A stretch of 64,000 bases of DNA from an uncultured Acidimicrobiales bacterium (lineage in GTDB: Bacteria > Actinomycetota > Acidimicrobiia > Acidimicrobiales > UBA10347). The translations under genes were made by a program, and so were the position numbers. This document shows positions 9,115 through 19,201 of the stretch, in pieces; position 1 is the stretch's first letter, and every line of letters starts with the position of its first letter. The notes under the pieces were generated by a model. That model was given only the letters and a program-made list of their open reading frames with translations. It was not told the DNA's origin and did no database searches. The stretch is taken from positions 15,262 to 79,261 of the forward strand of contig CALKPY010000094.1 of the NCBI GenBank assembly GCA_937991435.1, in the 5' to 3' direction.

Positions 9115-9945
9115 TCAGGCCTTGTCGACATTGCCAGCGTGGCCATGCACGACAGTGTCGCCCATATGGAAGCGATTCGGTTTCATGCCCGATGCCGTTT
9201 GCCCCGCATCGACGACGAGCGTGTGACCAGATACGTACCGGGATTCGTCACAGGCCAAAAACAGAGCGGCGTTGGCGATGTCTTCGGGGAAACCCGCGTA
9301 GCCCAGCGGTGACCCGCTCGCGATGTACTCGGTTGCCTTTTCATAGTTCGTGGCATCGCCAGTCGACACTGCTGCGGTCATATCGGTCACCGTGTTGCCC
9401 GGGGAAATAGCGTTGACTCGCACGCTGAACTGCGCCAGTTCATTGGCTACTGACTTCGTCAGCCCGATCACAGCGTGCTTCGCCGCCGTATATGCATGCG
9501 GTCCAAGACCTCCGAGAATGCCGGCCGTCGACGAGGTGTTGATGATCGAACCTGTGCCTTGAGGACCCATAACCCGAGCAGCGTGTTTGACGCCGTGGAA
9601 CACGCCATGCAACAAGATGTCGATGGAACGACCCCAAGCTTCGGCGCTCGTCTGAGAAATCGGGCCAACGGCACCGACGATTCCCGCGTTGTTGAACATT
9701 ACGTCGAGGCGTCCCCATGCGGTCACTGCAGCATCAACAGCCGCAGCCACATCGGCTTCGGAAGTCACGTCACAGTTCACGAACAGAGCGCCGTCGCCGA
9801 GCTCATCTGCCAACGCCTGCCCGGCGTCGACTTGCAGGTCTGCCAATACAACTCGCGCTCCTTCGTCGATGAAGCGCCGTGCGGTGCCTGCGCCTATTCC
9901 ACTGGCCGCGCCCGTGACAACGGCGGTCTTACCTTCGAGTCTCAT
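9115..9945 (-). CDS. SDR-family oxidoreductase
   Basis: KTAVVTGAASGIG, NNAG and YTAAKHA motifs. It overlaps the stop of the upstream AtuA-like gene by 17 nt. Confidence 0.9.
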   Translation of the reverse strand: MRLEGKTAVVTGAASGIGAGTARRFIDEGARVVLADLQVDAGQALADELGDGALFVNCDVTSEADVAAAVDAAVTAWGRLDVMFNNAGIVGAVGPISQTSAEAWGRSIDILLHGVFHGVKHAARVMGPQGTGSIINTSSTAGILGGLGPHAYTAAKHAVIGLTKSVANELAQFSVRVNAISPGNTVTDMTAAVSTGDATNYEKATEYIASGSPLGYAGFPEDIANAALFLACDESRYVSGHTLVVDAGQTASGMKPNRFHMGDTVVHGHAGNVDKA

Positions 9946-11722
9946 GATGTTCTCCGATCAACGACGTTGGTAATGGAACGATTCGGGCACGAAGCCACTC
10001 CCCGAGCGCCTTGGCCTGTCCATCTTGACGTGTCGACGCGGCGACGCCCTCTTCGAGCAGGCCTCTGACGACGAAGTTGAGTGACCGAATGTTCGGAAGC
10101 CGGTGTCGGTGCACGACCAACGATGCTGTTTCGGGCAGCAGCTCCTGGAACTTGGCCACGGTGAGAAAATTGTCGAGCCATAGCCAACCCTCGTCGCTGC
10201 GGGCATACACGCCGAGATTCGCGTCGCCGCCTTTGTCGCCCGAACGAGCTCCGATGATCGACCCGAGTGCCGCTTCGGTTGTACCTCCGACCGGCGGTGG
10301 CCCGACCGGCGCAACATGGGGTTCGATAGGTTCTCCAGTTGGTGCCGTCGAATCGATCGTGACCGATTCGCCGCCAAGCACGTGCACATATTGCGGCACG
10401 AGATCGCTCGGCACCGTCGCTGGTCGATAGACGCCGAACGGTCCCGCGGCGCCTGGTCCGCCGCTGAGCCCATACATGCCAGGAATCGAACTCAACGCGG
10501 TATGCACGTTCGCGTTGCTAAACGCACGACCGACTTTTTGTTCGTCGCGATCTTTGACCGTCACCCGCCAAATCGCTGTGGCCTCTTCTTGCGTTGCGGG
10601 GTCGGCCTTGTCAGTTCGAATCACCCGTTCGGTGAACGAGTCGAATTCGTCTGGCGCATACGGGCTTGCATCGAAGAAAGTCGCACGGGCGAACTCGATC
10701 TTGTCTTCGATGTTCAAGCCGGTGAGGGCCAGACTGAACGAGTTTCGAAATCCGCCCATCTCATTCATCGCCACCTTGAGCGTGGTCGGGGGTGCCTGGC
10801 CACGAACACCACAAATACGAACCCGATCGGGTCCTTGCTGTTCCAGTTCGATAGTTTCGAAACGCGCGGTGACGTCGGGTCCGAGATACGAAGGCGATCC
10901 GATCTCATAGAGCAGCTGACTGGTCACTGTTTCGACATTGACAACTCCCCCAGTACCGTCGTGCTTACCAATCACCGATGAGCCATCAGCTGCGACTTCG
11001 GCCCAGGGGAAGCCGAACCGGGCCCTGCCGCCGACTTCATTGCGGCCTTCGATCTCGTGGAAGAACGAGTAGTTGCCGCCCGTTGCCTGACCGCTGCACT
11101 CAATCACATGACCCGCGACCACCCCACCGGCGAGTGCGTCGAAGTCGGTCGGCTTCCAGCCGTGGTGCCATGCAGCCGGGCCGCAGACTACGGCGGCGTC
11201 GGTCACACGGCCGGTGATCACGATGTCTGCGCCGCGCGTCAAGGCATCGACGATGCCGAAGCACCCCAAATACGCGTTCGCGGTGAGGTATCTCGAGGTG
11301 TCACCAAGGTCTGCTCCTTCGTCAAATGCGTTGAGCGACCCAGCAGCAGACAGCGCAGCCACGCGGTCAACAAGGTCGTCGCCGTTGACATACGCGATCG
11401 TGGGTGAAAGGCCGAGCTTGTCGGCGAGCTCGCCAACAGCCTCGGCGCAGCCGTCGGGGTCGAGACCGCCTGCATTGGTAACGACCTTGATGCCCTTGTC
11501 GAGGCACTGACCCATCACCTCTTCCATCTGAGCAACGAACGTGCGGGCGTAGCCAGCACCCGGGTGCTTGGCGCGGATTCGACTGAGGATCAGCATGGTC
11601 AACTCCGCGAGCCAGTCACCGGTAAGCACATCGATGTCTCCGCCCTCGACCATTTCGCGGGCACCCGACGGGCGGTCACCAAAGAAACCAGAGCAGTTTG
11701 CAATCCGAATCGGGTTCGTCAT
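9929..11722 (-). CDS. AtuA-like (DUF1446) acyclic-terpene-utilisation family protein
   Basis: The N-terminus IRIANCSGFFGDRPSGAREMVEGGDIDVLTGDWLAELTM is typical of AtuA/DUF1446. I set the start at MTNPIR (11722) rather than 11794, which would overlap the divergent TPP gene. Confidence 0.75.
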   Translation of the reverse strand: MTNPIRIANCSGFFGDRPSGAREMVEGGDIDVLTGDWLAELTMLILSRIRAKHPGAGYARTFVAQMEEVMGQCLDKGIKVVTNAGGLDPDGCAEAVGELADKLGLSPTIAYVNGDDLVDRVAALSAAGSLNAFDEGADLGDTSRYLTANAYLGCFGIVDALTRGADIVITGRVTDAAVVCGPAAWHHGWKPTDFDALAGGVVAGHVIECSGQATGGNYSFFHEIEGRNEVGGRARFGFPWAEVAADGSSVIGKHDGTGGVVNVETVTSQLLYEIGSPSYLGPDVTARFETIELEQQGPDRVRICGVRGQAPPTTLKVAMNEMGGFRNSFSLALTGLNIEDKIEFARATFFDASPYAPDEFDSFTERVIRTDKADPATQEEATAIWRVTVKDRDEQKVGRAFSNANVHTALSSIPGMYGLSGGPGAAGPFGVYRPATVPSDLVPQYVHVLGGESVTIDSTAPTGEPIEPHVAPVGPPPVGGTTEAALGSIIGARSGDKGGDANLGVYARSDEGWLWLDNFLTVAKFQELLPETASLVVHRHRLPNIRSLNFVVRGLLEEGVAASTRQDGQAKALGEWLRARIVPLPTSLIGEHHETRR

Positions 11723-11792
11723 GGGTGCATTCTTGTCGTATGAAACCCCAACCCCAAAGCGGCCGCCTAATCCGCTGCGTAACCTCTGCGCC

Positions 11793-13418
11793 ATGACCGA
11801 ACGTTCTGTTGCCCATCACATCATCGACGGGCTCCGCCAAAGTGGAATCGATCAGCTGTTTTGCATCCCCGGGGTGCAGAACGATGACTTCTTCGATGCT
11901 CTCGTCGATGCGCCTGACATTCGGCCCGTGGTGGCCCGACACGAACAGGGAGCGGCATATATGGCCATGGGCGCGGCGCAAGTAACCGGCAAACCAGCCG
12001 CATTCTGCGTCGTGCCCGGTCCGGGCATGCTCAACGCATCAGCGGCTCTCACCAGCGCGTACTGGGCCTACGCCCGGGTGCTGGCAGTAGTGGGCCAGAT
12101 TGCAACCGGTTTGCAGGGCAAACATTTCGGGGCGTTGCATGACCTTCCGGACCAGAACGCCATCATGCAACAGCTCACAAAGCATGCCGAAGTCGTGCAC
12201 GACCCAACGACAGCTGCAGCACAGATTCAGCACGCGGTCGACCTTGTGCATTCGGGAATGCCTCGCCCCGTCAGCATCGAAGTACCTGTCGACGTTTGGG
12301 CGCGAGCCTCTGCAGGCGCCGTCGCCGCTCCCACGGTCACCAAGCCAATGCCCGACTCGGCAGAAATAGAGCGTGCCGCCGCGATCATTGCGTCGGCCAA
12401 GCGGCCGATGTTCGTTCTGGGCTCCGGTGCCTACGAGGCAAGCCAATCGGTTGTGGAACTCGCGGAGCTTGTGCAAGCAGCCGTCACGACCCGCCGCATG
12501 GGACATGGCGTCATGGCGACCACGCACCCGCTTTTCACGCCCATCACGACCGCCCACGACCTCTGGGCCGACACCGACGTCGTCGTCGGCATCGGCAGCC
12601 GCATCGAATGGCCGCTCGGGTCGTGGGGACACGACGAGAACCTCACGTTGATCCAGATCAACCTCGACGAAACCGAGCTCAACCGCCACGGAATCACCGA
12701 GGTCGGCATCCACGCCGATGCTGACGATGCGTGCCGGGCGCTGATCGCCGCAATCGGCCCCATCGACCGCCCCTCTCGTGCCGATGAGCTCGCTTCGTTG
12801 CGGTCGTCGTTCGACGATCGCACCGCTCACCTCGAGCCGCAGCGCTCGTTCTGCGCGGCAATCCGTGACGTTCTACCCGATGACGGCGCGATCGTCGAAG
12901 ATGTGACTCAGATCGGTTTCGCCGCGCACCTGTTTTATAACCACGTGCGCCCGCGCACGTTCTTGTCGTCAGGCGCCGCTGGCACCCTTGGGGCTGGCGC
13001 TGCCGTCGCGATCGGCGCATCGGCGGCCACCGACCGACCGGTGATCGGTGTGATTGGTGACGGCGGTTTCCTGTTTACCGCGACCGAGTTGGCGACAGCG
13101 GTCCAACACAACATTGCGTGCAACCTGGTGGTGTTCAACAACAACGCCTATGGAAACGTTCGGCGGATTCAGACCGAGCGATTCGGCGCCGACCGAACTA
13201 TCGCCAGCACCCTGCAGAACCCCGACTTCTCCAAGTTCGCCGACGCGTTCGGCGTCAAGTACTGGCACGCCGACTCACCCGAGTCGCTGCGTCCGGCGCT
13301 CGGAGCCGCTATCGAAACCGACGGGCCATGCCTGATCGAAGTCTCAGTCGACCCCATGCCGAATCCTTGGCCGTTCCTGCGCTTGCCAGCGGTGCGTGGC
13401 GCTCAGGCACAGCGCTAG
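11793..13418 (+). CDS. thiamine-pyrophosphate-dependent enzyme (acetolactate synthase-like family)
   Basis: N-terminal Pyr domain (IDQLFCIPGVQNDDFFDAL...HEQGAAYMA) and the TPP motif GDGGFLFTATEL...VVFNNNAYGNV. Start re-set to ATG 11793. Confidence 0.85.
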   Translation: MTERSVAHHIIDGLRQSGIDQLFCIPGVQNDDFFDALVDAPDIRPVVARHEQGAAYMAMGAAQVTGKPAAFCVVPGPGMLNASAALTSAYWAYARVLAVVGQIATGLQGKHFGALHDLPDQNAIMQQLTKHAEVVHDPTTAAAQIQHAVDLVHSGMPRPVSIEVPVDVWARASAGAVAAPTVTKPMPDSAEIERAAAIIASAKRPMFVLGSGAYEASQSVVELAELVQAAVTTRRMGHGVMATTHPLFTPITTAHDLWADTDVVVGIGSRIEWPLGSWGHDENLTLIQINLDETELNRHGITEVGIHADADDACRALIAAIGPIDRPSRADELASLRSSFDDRTAHLEPQRSFCAAIRDVLPDDGAIVEDVTQIGFAAHLFYNHVRPRTFLSSGAAGTLGAGAAVAIGASAATDRPVIGVIGDGGFLFTATELATAVQHNIACNLVVFNNNAYGNVRRIQTERFGADRTIASTLQNPDFSKFADAFGVKYWHADSPESLRPALGAAIETDGPCLIEVSVDPMPNPWPFLRLPAVRGAQAQR

Positions 13419-14098
13419 CGAATACCTCTACCTCGACTCATGGCAAACAGCGTCACGACCCATGCCACCGAGGTGGCAGCTGACGCCACATAGGTGAGCG
13501 CTGCGGCCGTTAGTACCTGACGGGTGCCACGTTGCTGTTCGGGGTCAGTGAGACCCAGCTCTTCGAGATTGGCCATGGCTCGTTTGCTGGCATTGAACTC
13601 GACCGGCAGCGTGAGTAGCTGGAACACCATGGTGCCGGCCATCATCAACCCTCCTAGCCGCAAGAAGAAGTCGCTGCCGAGAAAAAACCCGGCGCCGAGG
13701 AACCAGGGCGATAGCCGGCCGCCAAGCGCAGCAAATGGCACAAACCACTTGCGCATACGGAGCCTGATGTCGTCGCGGTAGTCCTGGATCGCGTGGCCGG
13801 CTTCGTGAGCTGAAACTGCCATCGCCGCCACGCTGATCGAGTCGTGGTTGGTCTTTGACAAACGCAAGATGTCTCGTGCAGGATCGAAATGGTCGGTGAG
13901 CTTGCCGCGCACTTTTTCGATTCGGACATTCTTGATGCCCTTCTTGTCAAGGATCGCTGCGGCAGTTTGGGCACCGGTCACTCGATAGGTATTAGGAACT
14001 CGGCTCCACTTTTTGTAGGTGCGCAGAAGCCACCGCTTGACAAGCCACGAACCGCCAAACGAAATCCCAGCGATTACCCAGATGAAGCCGTTGCTCAT
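13415..14098 (-). CDS. YugP-type putative neutral zinc metallopeptidase (membrane)
   Basis: TGAQTAAAILD...LTDHFDP...LSKTNHD.SVAAMAVSAHEAGHAIQD (HExxH) with flanking TM helices. Start re-set to MSNGFIW (14098), immediately after the stop of the upstream gene. Confidence 0.8.
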   Translation of the reverse strand: MSNGFIWVIAGISFGGSWLVKRWLLRTYKKWSRVPNTYRVTGAQTAAAILDKKGIKNVRIEKVRGKLTDHFDPARDILRLSKTNHDSISVAAMAVSAHEAGHAIQDYRDDIRLRMRKWFVPFAALGGRLSPWFLGAGFFLGSDFFLRLGGLMMAGTMVFQLLTLPVEFNASKRAMANLEELGLTDPEQQRGTRQVLTAAALTYVASAATSVAWVVTLFAMSRGRGIR

Positions 14099-14099
14099 G

Positions 14100-14528
14100 T
14101 CAGGTGGCGTCGGAGACGGTGTCCTGCACGCTTGAACGAGGAAGTTCGTCTGGTCGGTCGGCATCGTCGCCGATACCTGCGGCTTCGGCCATGCGTTCGG
14201 CGGCGTCTTCGGCGTAGTCCTCGATCTGGTCCATGAGTTGTTCGATCTCCGCGCCCGCAGCTCGTAGCGTTTCAATCAGCGCCTGCTTGATCAGCTCTGC
14301 CAATTCGCGCATGTCGTCTTGCACCGCGTCGTCTTTGGCAGCGTTGCCAAAGGCGTCGAACGCATCGGCCACGCGGCCGCTGAGCTCATCAAATGCGTTG
14401 CTCGTTTCGCCCTCGGCGCGGTCGGCAACCTGATCGTCGCGCTCTTGGTCGAGGTGCAACTTGAGTTTGAGGCCGAGTGATTCGACCTTTGACGCTACGT
14501 CGTTCCATGTTTGCTTGGGGTCGCTCAT
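14100..14528 (-). CDS. hypothetical acidic helical protein
   Basis: 142 aa, D/E-rich, predicted helical. It abuts the downstream metallopeptidase gene (stop 14100-14102, next ATG 14098-14096). Confidence 0.5.
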   Translation of the reverse strand: MSDPKQTWNDVASKVESLGLKLKLHLDQERDDQVADRAEGETSNAFDELSGRVADAFDAFGNAAKDDAVQDDMRELAELIKQALIETLRAAGAEIEQLMDQIEDYAEDAAERMAEAAGIGDDADRPDELPRSSVQDTVSDAT

Positions 14529-14665
14529 CTGGCATTGTCCTTGTCGGTTCGTGTGTATTCGTTACTGGGGTGACGGATTGCGGTGTTGGTTTGTCGCAGA
14601 CACGCCATTAAGGCCAACAACCGGTTTGCCGAGCGTGTTCCCGTTGACGTTACGGTCGAGCCTGC

Positions 14666-15292
14666 TCAATCAAGTTCGAGATCCCGCTCGTAGCTCTGCG
14701 ATAGCGCCGACCTCAGCCCGTCGACATCGAGACCTTCAATCTGCGCGCCAAGGATTTCGACAATGCCAGGTGCGCCAGCGTTTCGTGCCCATGCCTCGGG
14801 GCTCCATACCTCGCCACGCATAAAGGCTTTGGCGCAGTGCACAAACGCTTCGGCAACCTCGATCACGATCGCAGTCTTCGGTCGACGAAGCTCACTCATG
14901 AATCCGTCAAGGATGTCCCCATCGATGGTGACCGCCGCTCGACCGTTGACCCGAAGCGTTTCGTTGGACCCCGGCACTATCAACAGCACACCGGCCCAAC
15001 CGGTCGCCACGATGTTCGTCAAGCTGTCGCAAAGGTTGTTGCCATTGAGATCAGGGATCGCAATCTGGGTGCGGCTCAATCGCTGTACAAACCCCGGCGG
15101 ACCGCCCCGAGGAGAAGCATCGATCGATCCATCGAGACCAGCAGTGGCGAGCACCAGAAACGAGCACCGATCGATGAAGTCGGCCGACAGGTCGTCGATA
15201 GTCGCCTGGATCTTGCTCTGCACGAGTTGTGACGGCTCTCGGTAGTGCTCGCGGAGCTCGTCAATCGAGTTGATCTGACCGGGTACCTGCAT
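14666..15292 (-). CDS. PPOX-class (pyridoxamine 5'-phosphate oxidase-related) FMN-binding protein
   Basis: FIDRCSFLVLATAGLDGSIDASPRGGPPGFV is typical of the split-barrel flavoprotein family. Confidence 0.7.
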   Translation of the reverse strand: MQVPGQINSIDELREHYREPSQLVQSKIQATIDDLSADFIDRCSFLVLATAGLDGSIDASPRGGPPGFVQRLSRTQIAIPDLNGNNLCDSLTNIVATGWAGVLLIVPGSNETLRVNGRAAVTIDGDILDGFMSELRRPKTAIVIEVAEAFVHCAKAFMRGEVWSPEAWARNAGAPGIVEILGAQIEGLDVDGLRSALSQSYERDLELD

Positions 15293-15322
15293 TGGTCAAG
15301 TCTGTCATAGCCGGTACTCGAC

Positions 15323-16078
15323 TTGAACCTAGACTCGCCACCTGTGACCTTGTTTGAGGCGGTTCTGCTGCTGGTCGGTGGCGGGTTCGCCGGGGCGGTC
15401 AATGCCATGGCCGGGGGCGGAAGCATGCTCACCGTTCCGCTCCTCGTGTTGGCGGGCGTGCCCGGCGTTGCGGCGAACGGTTCCAACCGGGTCGGGATCC
15501 TTACGTCAAATGTGTCGTCATTGATGTCGTTCCGAAACGAAGGGGTTCGGGTCACGCACAACCTGATTCCGATCGTCGCTCCCGCTCTTGTGGGTTCCCT
15601 TGTTGGTTCCTACGGCGTCAGCGAACTGATCGGCGATGAGTCGTTCGAACGCATTTTTGGACTGCTGATGATCCCGCTGATCCTTTTGACCGTCGTCAAA
15701 CCCAAGGTGAGAGCGACAGAACAGGCGTGGCCATTGGCCGTCACGCTGGGCGTGTTCTTTGCGATCGGCGTTTACGCCGGCGCCATTCAAGCAGGCGTTG
15801 GGCTGGTGCTACTTGCGGCGCTCAGCCGATCAGGCATCGATCTCGTCAGCGCCAACATGATCAAGGTGATCTTCACCTTTTGTGCAACCTGCATTGCGCT
15901 GCCGGTGTTCATTTTGCAGGGCGACGTGCGCTGGGTGCCCGCTCTTGTCCTCGCGGTCGGTCTCAGCGTCGGCGGTTGGGTCGGTGCGCGCTTCGCAGTG
16001 CGAGGCGGCGAGAAATGGATTCGCGTGGTGATGGTGATTGCGGCGATCGCTTTGGCGATCAGGCTGATCGTCGGCTGA
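15323..16078 (+). CDS. TauE/SafE family sulfite/anion exporter
   Basis: 251-aa polytopic protein with the GGGFAGAVNAMAGGGSMLTVPLL motif, repeated in the C-terminal half. Confidence 0.85.
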   Translation: MNLDSPPVTLFEAVLLLVGGGFAGAVNAMAGGGSMLTVPLLVLAGVPGVAANGSNRVGILTSNVSSLMSFRNEGVRVTHNLIPIVAPALVGSLVGSYGVSELIGDESFERIFGLLMIPLILLTVVKPKVRATEQAWPLAVTLGVFFAIGVYAGAIQAGVGLVLLAALSRSGIDLVSANMIKVIFTFCATCIALPVFILQGDVRWVPALVLAVGLSVGGWVGARFAVRGGEKWIRVVMVIAAIALAIRLIVG

Positions 16079-16928
16079 GCCAGTCATCGATCAGCGCCCG
16101 GGCGATCGAACCGTGCGGCGGAATCATCGGGAGCTCATCGCGAGAGAACCATTGAGCGTCTGCGATTTCTTCCGCCTCTGGCACGATCTTACCGGACTGC
16201 CATAGAGCGAAGAAGCCCAGCATCAATGAGTTCGGAAACGGCCAAGGCTGGCTAGCGAAGTACCGAACATCGGTAACGACTACGCCGACCTCTTCAGCTA
16301 CCTCGCGGTGAATGCAATCTTCGAGTGATTCGCCCGGTTCCACGAACCCGGCCAAGGTGCTGTACATCGGCATGGGCCAGGCGATGTTACGAGCGAGCAG
16401 AGCCCGACCGTCAGGATGCTCGATCAGCACAATGACCGCAGGCGACAGCCGCGGATATGTGGTGAACCCGTCAGCAGCACACGACATGGTGCGCTCGGTT
16501 TCGCTCAGCTCCATTACGCCGCCGCAGCGGCCGCAGTTCTGATTGTCGCGATACCAGTCGGCGATCTGGGTGGCGCGGCCGGCAATGTTCCAGGTAATCG
16601 GATCGAGTGTTGCCATGGTCGAACGCAGGTCAGTGAAGATCAGGCCAGGAAGGTCGACTTCGAACTCGTCGAACTCGGCGGCCAGCTCGGCGGTCCACCA
16701 ATGACCTGTCACCCCTTCGAGGTAACCGAGTACATGCCGTTCGCCGAAGTGAGTTGCAAGCGATTCCGCTTCCTCAGCGGTCAGCATGCGTTGACCGTCG
16801 AGGGCGTCGAGAATCAGTATCTTGCCGGCGCGGGTCAGGATCCATTGATCGTCGGCATGCGCTGTGGGGCGAACAGCAGTCGGCACAAACGGTGAGCCTG
16901 AGTCGGAAGCTCGATCAGTAGTTGTCAT
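16059..16928 (-). CDS. nudC: NAD+ diphosphatase (NADH pyrophosphatase), Nudix family
   Basis: Zn-ribbon CGRCGG..x..C followed by the Nudix box [23 protein letters not shown] and the downstream SQPWPFP motif. Confidence 0.85.
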   Translation of the reverse strand: MTTTDRASDSGSPFVPTAVRPTAHADDQWILTRAGKILILDALDGQRMLTAEEAESLATHFGERHVLGYLEGVTGHWWTAELAAEFDEFEVDLPGLIFTDLRSTMATLDPITWNIAGRATQIADWYRDNQNCGRCGGVMELSETERTMSCAADGFTTYPRLSPAVIVLIEHPDGRALLARNIAWPMPMYSTLAGFVEPGESLEDCIHREVAEEVGVVVTDVRYFASQPWPFPNSLMLGFFALWQSGKIVPEAEEIADAQWFSRDELPMIPPHGSIARALIDDWLSRRSA

Positions 16929-16995
16929 CGGTCGCAGTCTGCCATCTCAACCGCGACCTACCCGCGCCGTCGACCCACTGCGTAGTCTCGGGGTT

Positions 16996-17736
16996 ATGGC
17001 CAGTGACCAAGTTCCGGTCGACACATCGGTGGTCGACTTTCATTTCGACGTGCTCTGCCCGTACGCCTATCAAACCGCGAAGTGGATTCGCGAAGTGCGC
17101 GATCAAGCTGACCTCACCATCAACTGGAAATTCTTCAGTCTCGAAGAGGTCAACCTTGTCGAAGGCAAGAAGCATCCATGGGAGCGTGATTGGTCCTACG
17201 GCTGGTCGATGATGCGCATAGGTGCGCTGCTGCGACGCACGAGCATGAACGATCTCGATCGCTGGTATGAGCGAAGCGCCCGTGCCCTTCACGAAGACGG
17301 CCACCGACCGCACGATCCAGAGGTCGCACGTCACTTGCTTGCCGAACTGGATCTCGATCCGGCAATCGTCGACGAGTCAATTACTGATCAGTCAACACAC
17401 GACGAGGTGCGAGCCGACCATGAGCGGGTCATTGCATCGGGCGGCTATGGCGTGCCGACACTGTTCTTCGGTGATCATGCCCTGTTCGGTCCCGTGTTGA
17501 TCGACCCCCCGTCAGGCGAAGCGGCGATGCGTCTGTGGCATGCCGTCACCGCCTGGACTGAGTTCCCCCATCTCTATGAGCTCCAGAAACCAAAGCTCAA
17601 AGACGACGAACGAGCGATTGCTGAGACGTTCAAGCCCTACCTCGAAGCCCGAGACTGGATCAGCATCAACCGCGGCACTGAGATCGCATTCACCAAAGAC
17701 GGCTTCGAGCCCAAAGGAAAGGTCGCTGACCGATGA
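16996..17736 (+). CDS. DsbA-like thioredoxin-fold protein (HCCA-isomerase/GST-kappa-like)
   Basis: [21 protein letters not shown]-terminus and a GVPTLFF motif. Start re-set to ATG 16996. Confidence 0.7.
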   Translation: MASDQVPVDTSVVDFHFDVLCPYAYQTAKWIREVRDQADLTINWKFFSLEEVNLVEGKKHPWERDWSYGWSMMRIGALLRRTSMNDLDRWYERSARALHEDGHRPHDPEVARHLLAELDLDPAIVDESITDQSTHDEVRADHERVIASGGYGVPTLFFGDHALFGPVLIDPPSGEAAMRLWHAVTAWTEFPHLYELQKPKLKDDERAIAETFKPYLEARDWISINRGTEIAFTKDGFEPKGKVADR

Positions 17737-18518
17737 CTACGCCAGACCCGATTGCCAACCTCAACGCGTGCTTCGACTCGCTCGAGGCTCTCTTTGACGG
17801 ATTGAGCGACGAACAATGGGCGGTGCAGTCCTATTGCCCCGATTGGGACACCCGCGGAATTGCCGCCCACGTAGCCGCAGTCGAATCCATGCTCGCAGGC
17901 GATGCGCCCGGTTCGTGGACCGAGACGGTGCCGTTCGATCGCATAGGCGATTGGCTCAGCGCCAATGACGGCCTGTCAAATGCTGAGCTGCTGGCGTCGT
18001 GGCGCGAAACAATCAATGCCCGCCGAGCGGAAATGGCCACCTACGACCAGGCCCAGCTCGCGCTGCCATCGATGACCCCAGTGGGCCCGAGCACCTATGG
18101 CCACTTTTTGGCGATTCGCGTGTTCGACTGCTGGGTGCACGAACAAGACATTCGCGGTCCACTCAATATGGCAGGCCACGAGGGCGGGCCGGCTGCCGAA
18201 ATGGCGCTTAACGAAATTGAGAACTCGTTGCCGTACATCGTCGGCAAGAAAATTGGTCTTCCCGATGGCAAGACCCTCACGATCAACTTGACCGGGCCGG
18301 TCGAGCGCACAATGCATGTCGCAGTCGACGGCCGAGCTGCGCAGGTCGCGGACCTGACCAACCCCGATGTTGTACTCACATCGAACTCAACGGTTTTTGC
18401 GCTGCTCGCGTGCGGGCGTATAGACCCGCAAGGCCCGATCGACGCAGGATCGATCTCGTGGTCCGGTGACGCCGAATGGGGTGAGAAGGCTGCCCGCAAC
18501 CTGCGCTTCACGATGTAG
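17733..18518 (+). CDS. mycothiol-dependent maleylpyruvate-isomerase-family (DinB-fold) protein
   Basis: The N-terminal domain [24 protein letters not shown] is typical of MDMPI_N/TIGR03083. Its ATGA overlaps the upstream gene. Confidence 0.75.
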   Translation: MTTPDPIANLNACFDSLEALFDGLSDEQWAVQSYCPDWDTRGIAAHVAAVESMLAGDAPGSWTETVPFDRIGDWLSANDGLSNAELLASWRETINARRAEMATYDQAQLALPSMTPVGPSTYGHFLAIRVFDCWVHEQDIRGPLNMAGHEGGPAAEMALNEIENSLPYIVGKKIGLPDGKTLTINLTGPVERTMHVAVDGRAAQVADLTNPDVVLTSNSTVFALLACGRIDPQGPIDAGSISWSGDAEWGEKAARNLRFTM

Positions 18519-18544
18519 CCGACTCGAACGAACAGGATCACCTA

Positions 18545-19201
18545 ATGAGTTCAGACATCACGTTTCTCGCACCTGGCATCGCCGGCTATGTGCGTGCGCA
18601 TACCACCGCGGCTGATGCGATCGAGCAGCAGCTGATCGAGGCGACCAACGCCCTGCCCGAAGCCGCAATGCAGATCGGCATCGGACAGGCCCGATTCATG
18701 GGCCAACTCACCCGGCTGCTGCAACCCCGGCTGGTCATCGAGATCGGCACGTTTACCGGGTTCTCCGCGTTATGCGTCGCCCGCGAACTGCCCGTTGGCA
18801 GTCGACTGATTGCGTGTGATGTGAACACCGAATGGACCGCAATTGCTCAAACGCACTGGGCAAAGGCGGCAGTCGACGATCGAATCGATCTACGTATTGC
18901 GCCCGCCGCCGACACGTTGGCTGCGCTTGACGTCGAGCTGACCGTTGACCTTGCATTTATCGATGCCGACAAGACTGGCTATCTCGGCTACCTCGAACAA
19001 CTGATTCCGCACATGAACAAACGCAGTGTGGTGCTCGTCGACAATGTGCTGTGGAGCGGTCGGGTGCTCGACGCCGACGATCAGACTGACGACACGGTTG
19101 CACTGCGACATTTCAACAAATCAGTCGTAGAAGATCCGCGACTTGAGGTCACTATGGCTCCCATTGGCGATGGCGTTTCAATAATCACCCTCGCACGGTG
19201 A
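18545..19201 (+). CDS. class I SAM-dependent O-methyltransferase (caffeoyl-CoA OMT family)
   Basis: VIEIGTFTGFSALCVA SAM motif and DLAFIDADKTGY. Confidence 0.85.
   Translation: MSSDITFLAPGIAGYVRAHTTAADAIEQQLIEATNALPEAAMQIGIGQARFMGQLTRLLQPRLVIEIGTFTGFSALCVARELPVGSRLIACDVNTEWTAIAQTHWAKAAVDDRIDLRIAPAADTLAALDVELTVDLAFIDADKTGYLGYLEQLIPHMNKRSVVLVDNVLWSGRVLDADDQTDDTVALRHFNKSVVEDPRLEVTMAPIGDGVSIITLAR

Noticed and set aside
12039-12830. Long antisense ORFs inside well-supported genes. Examples: 12039..12830, 2311..2841, 26894..27448, 34594..35145, 42054..42851, 43758..44474, 59223..59966 and 61375..62178.
   Set aside because: They are shadow ORFs typical of high-GC DNA. Their products are Arg/Pro/Ser-rich and lack motifs, while the opposite strand carries clear family signatures.
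14529-14665. Intergenic regions 14529-14665 and 44385-44536, screened for riboswitch, sRNA or repeat structure.
   Set aside because: I could see no convincing conserved-motif resemblance, strong hairpins or repeats by eye. They are left unannotated.
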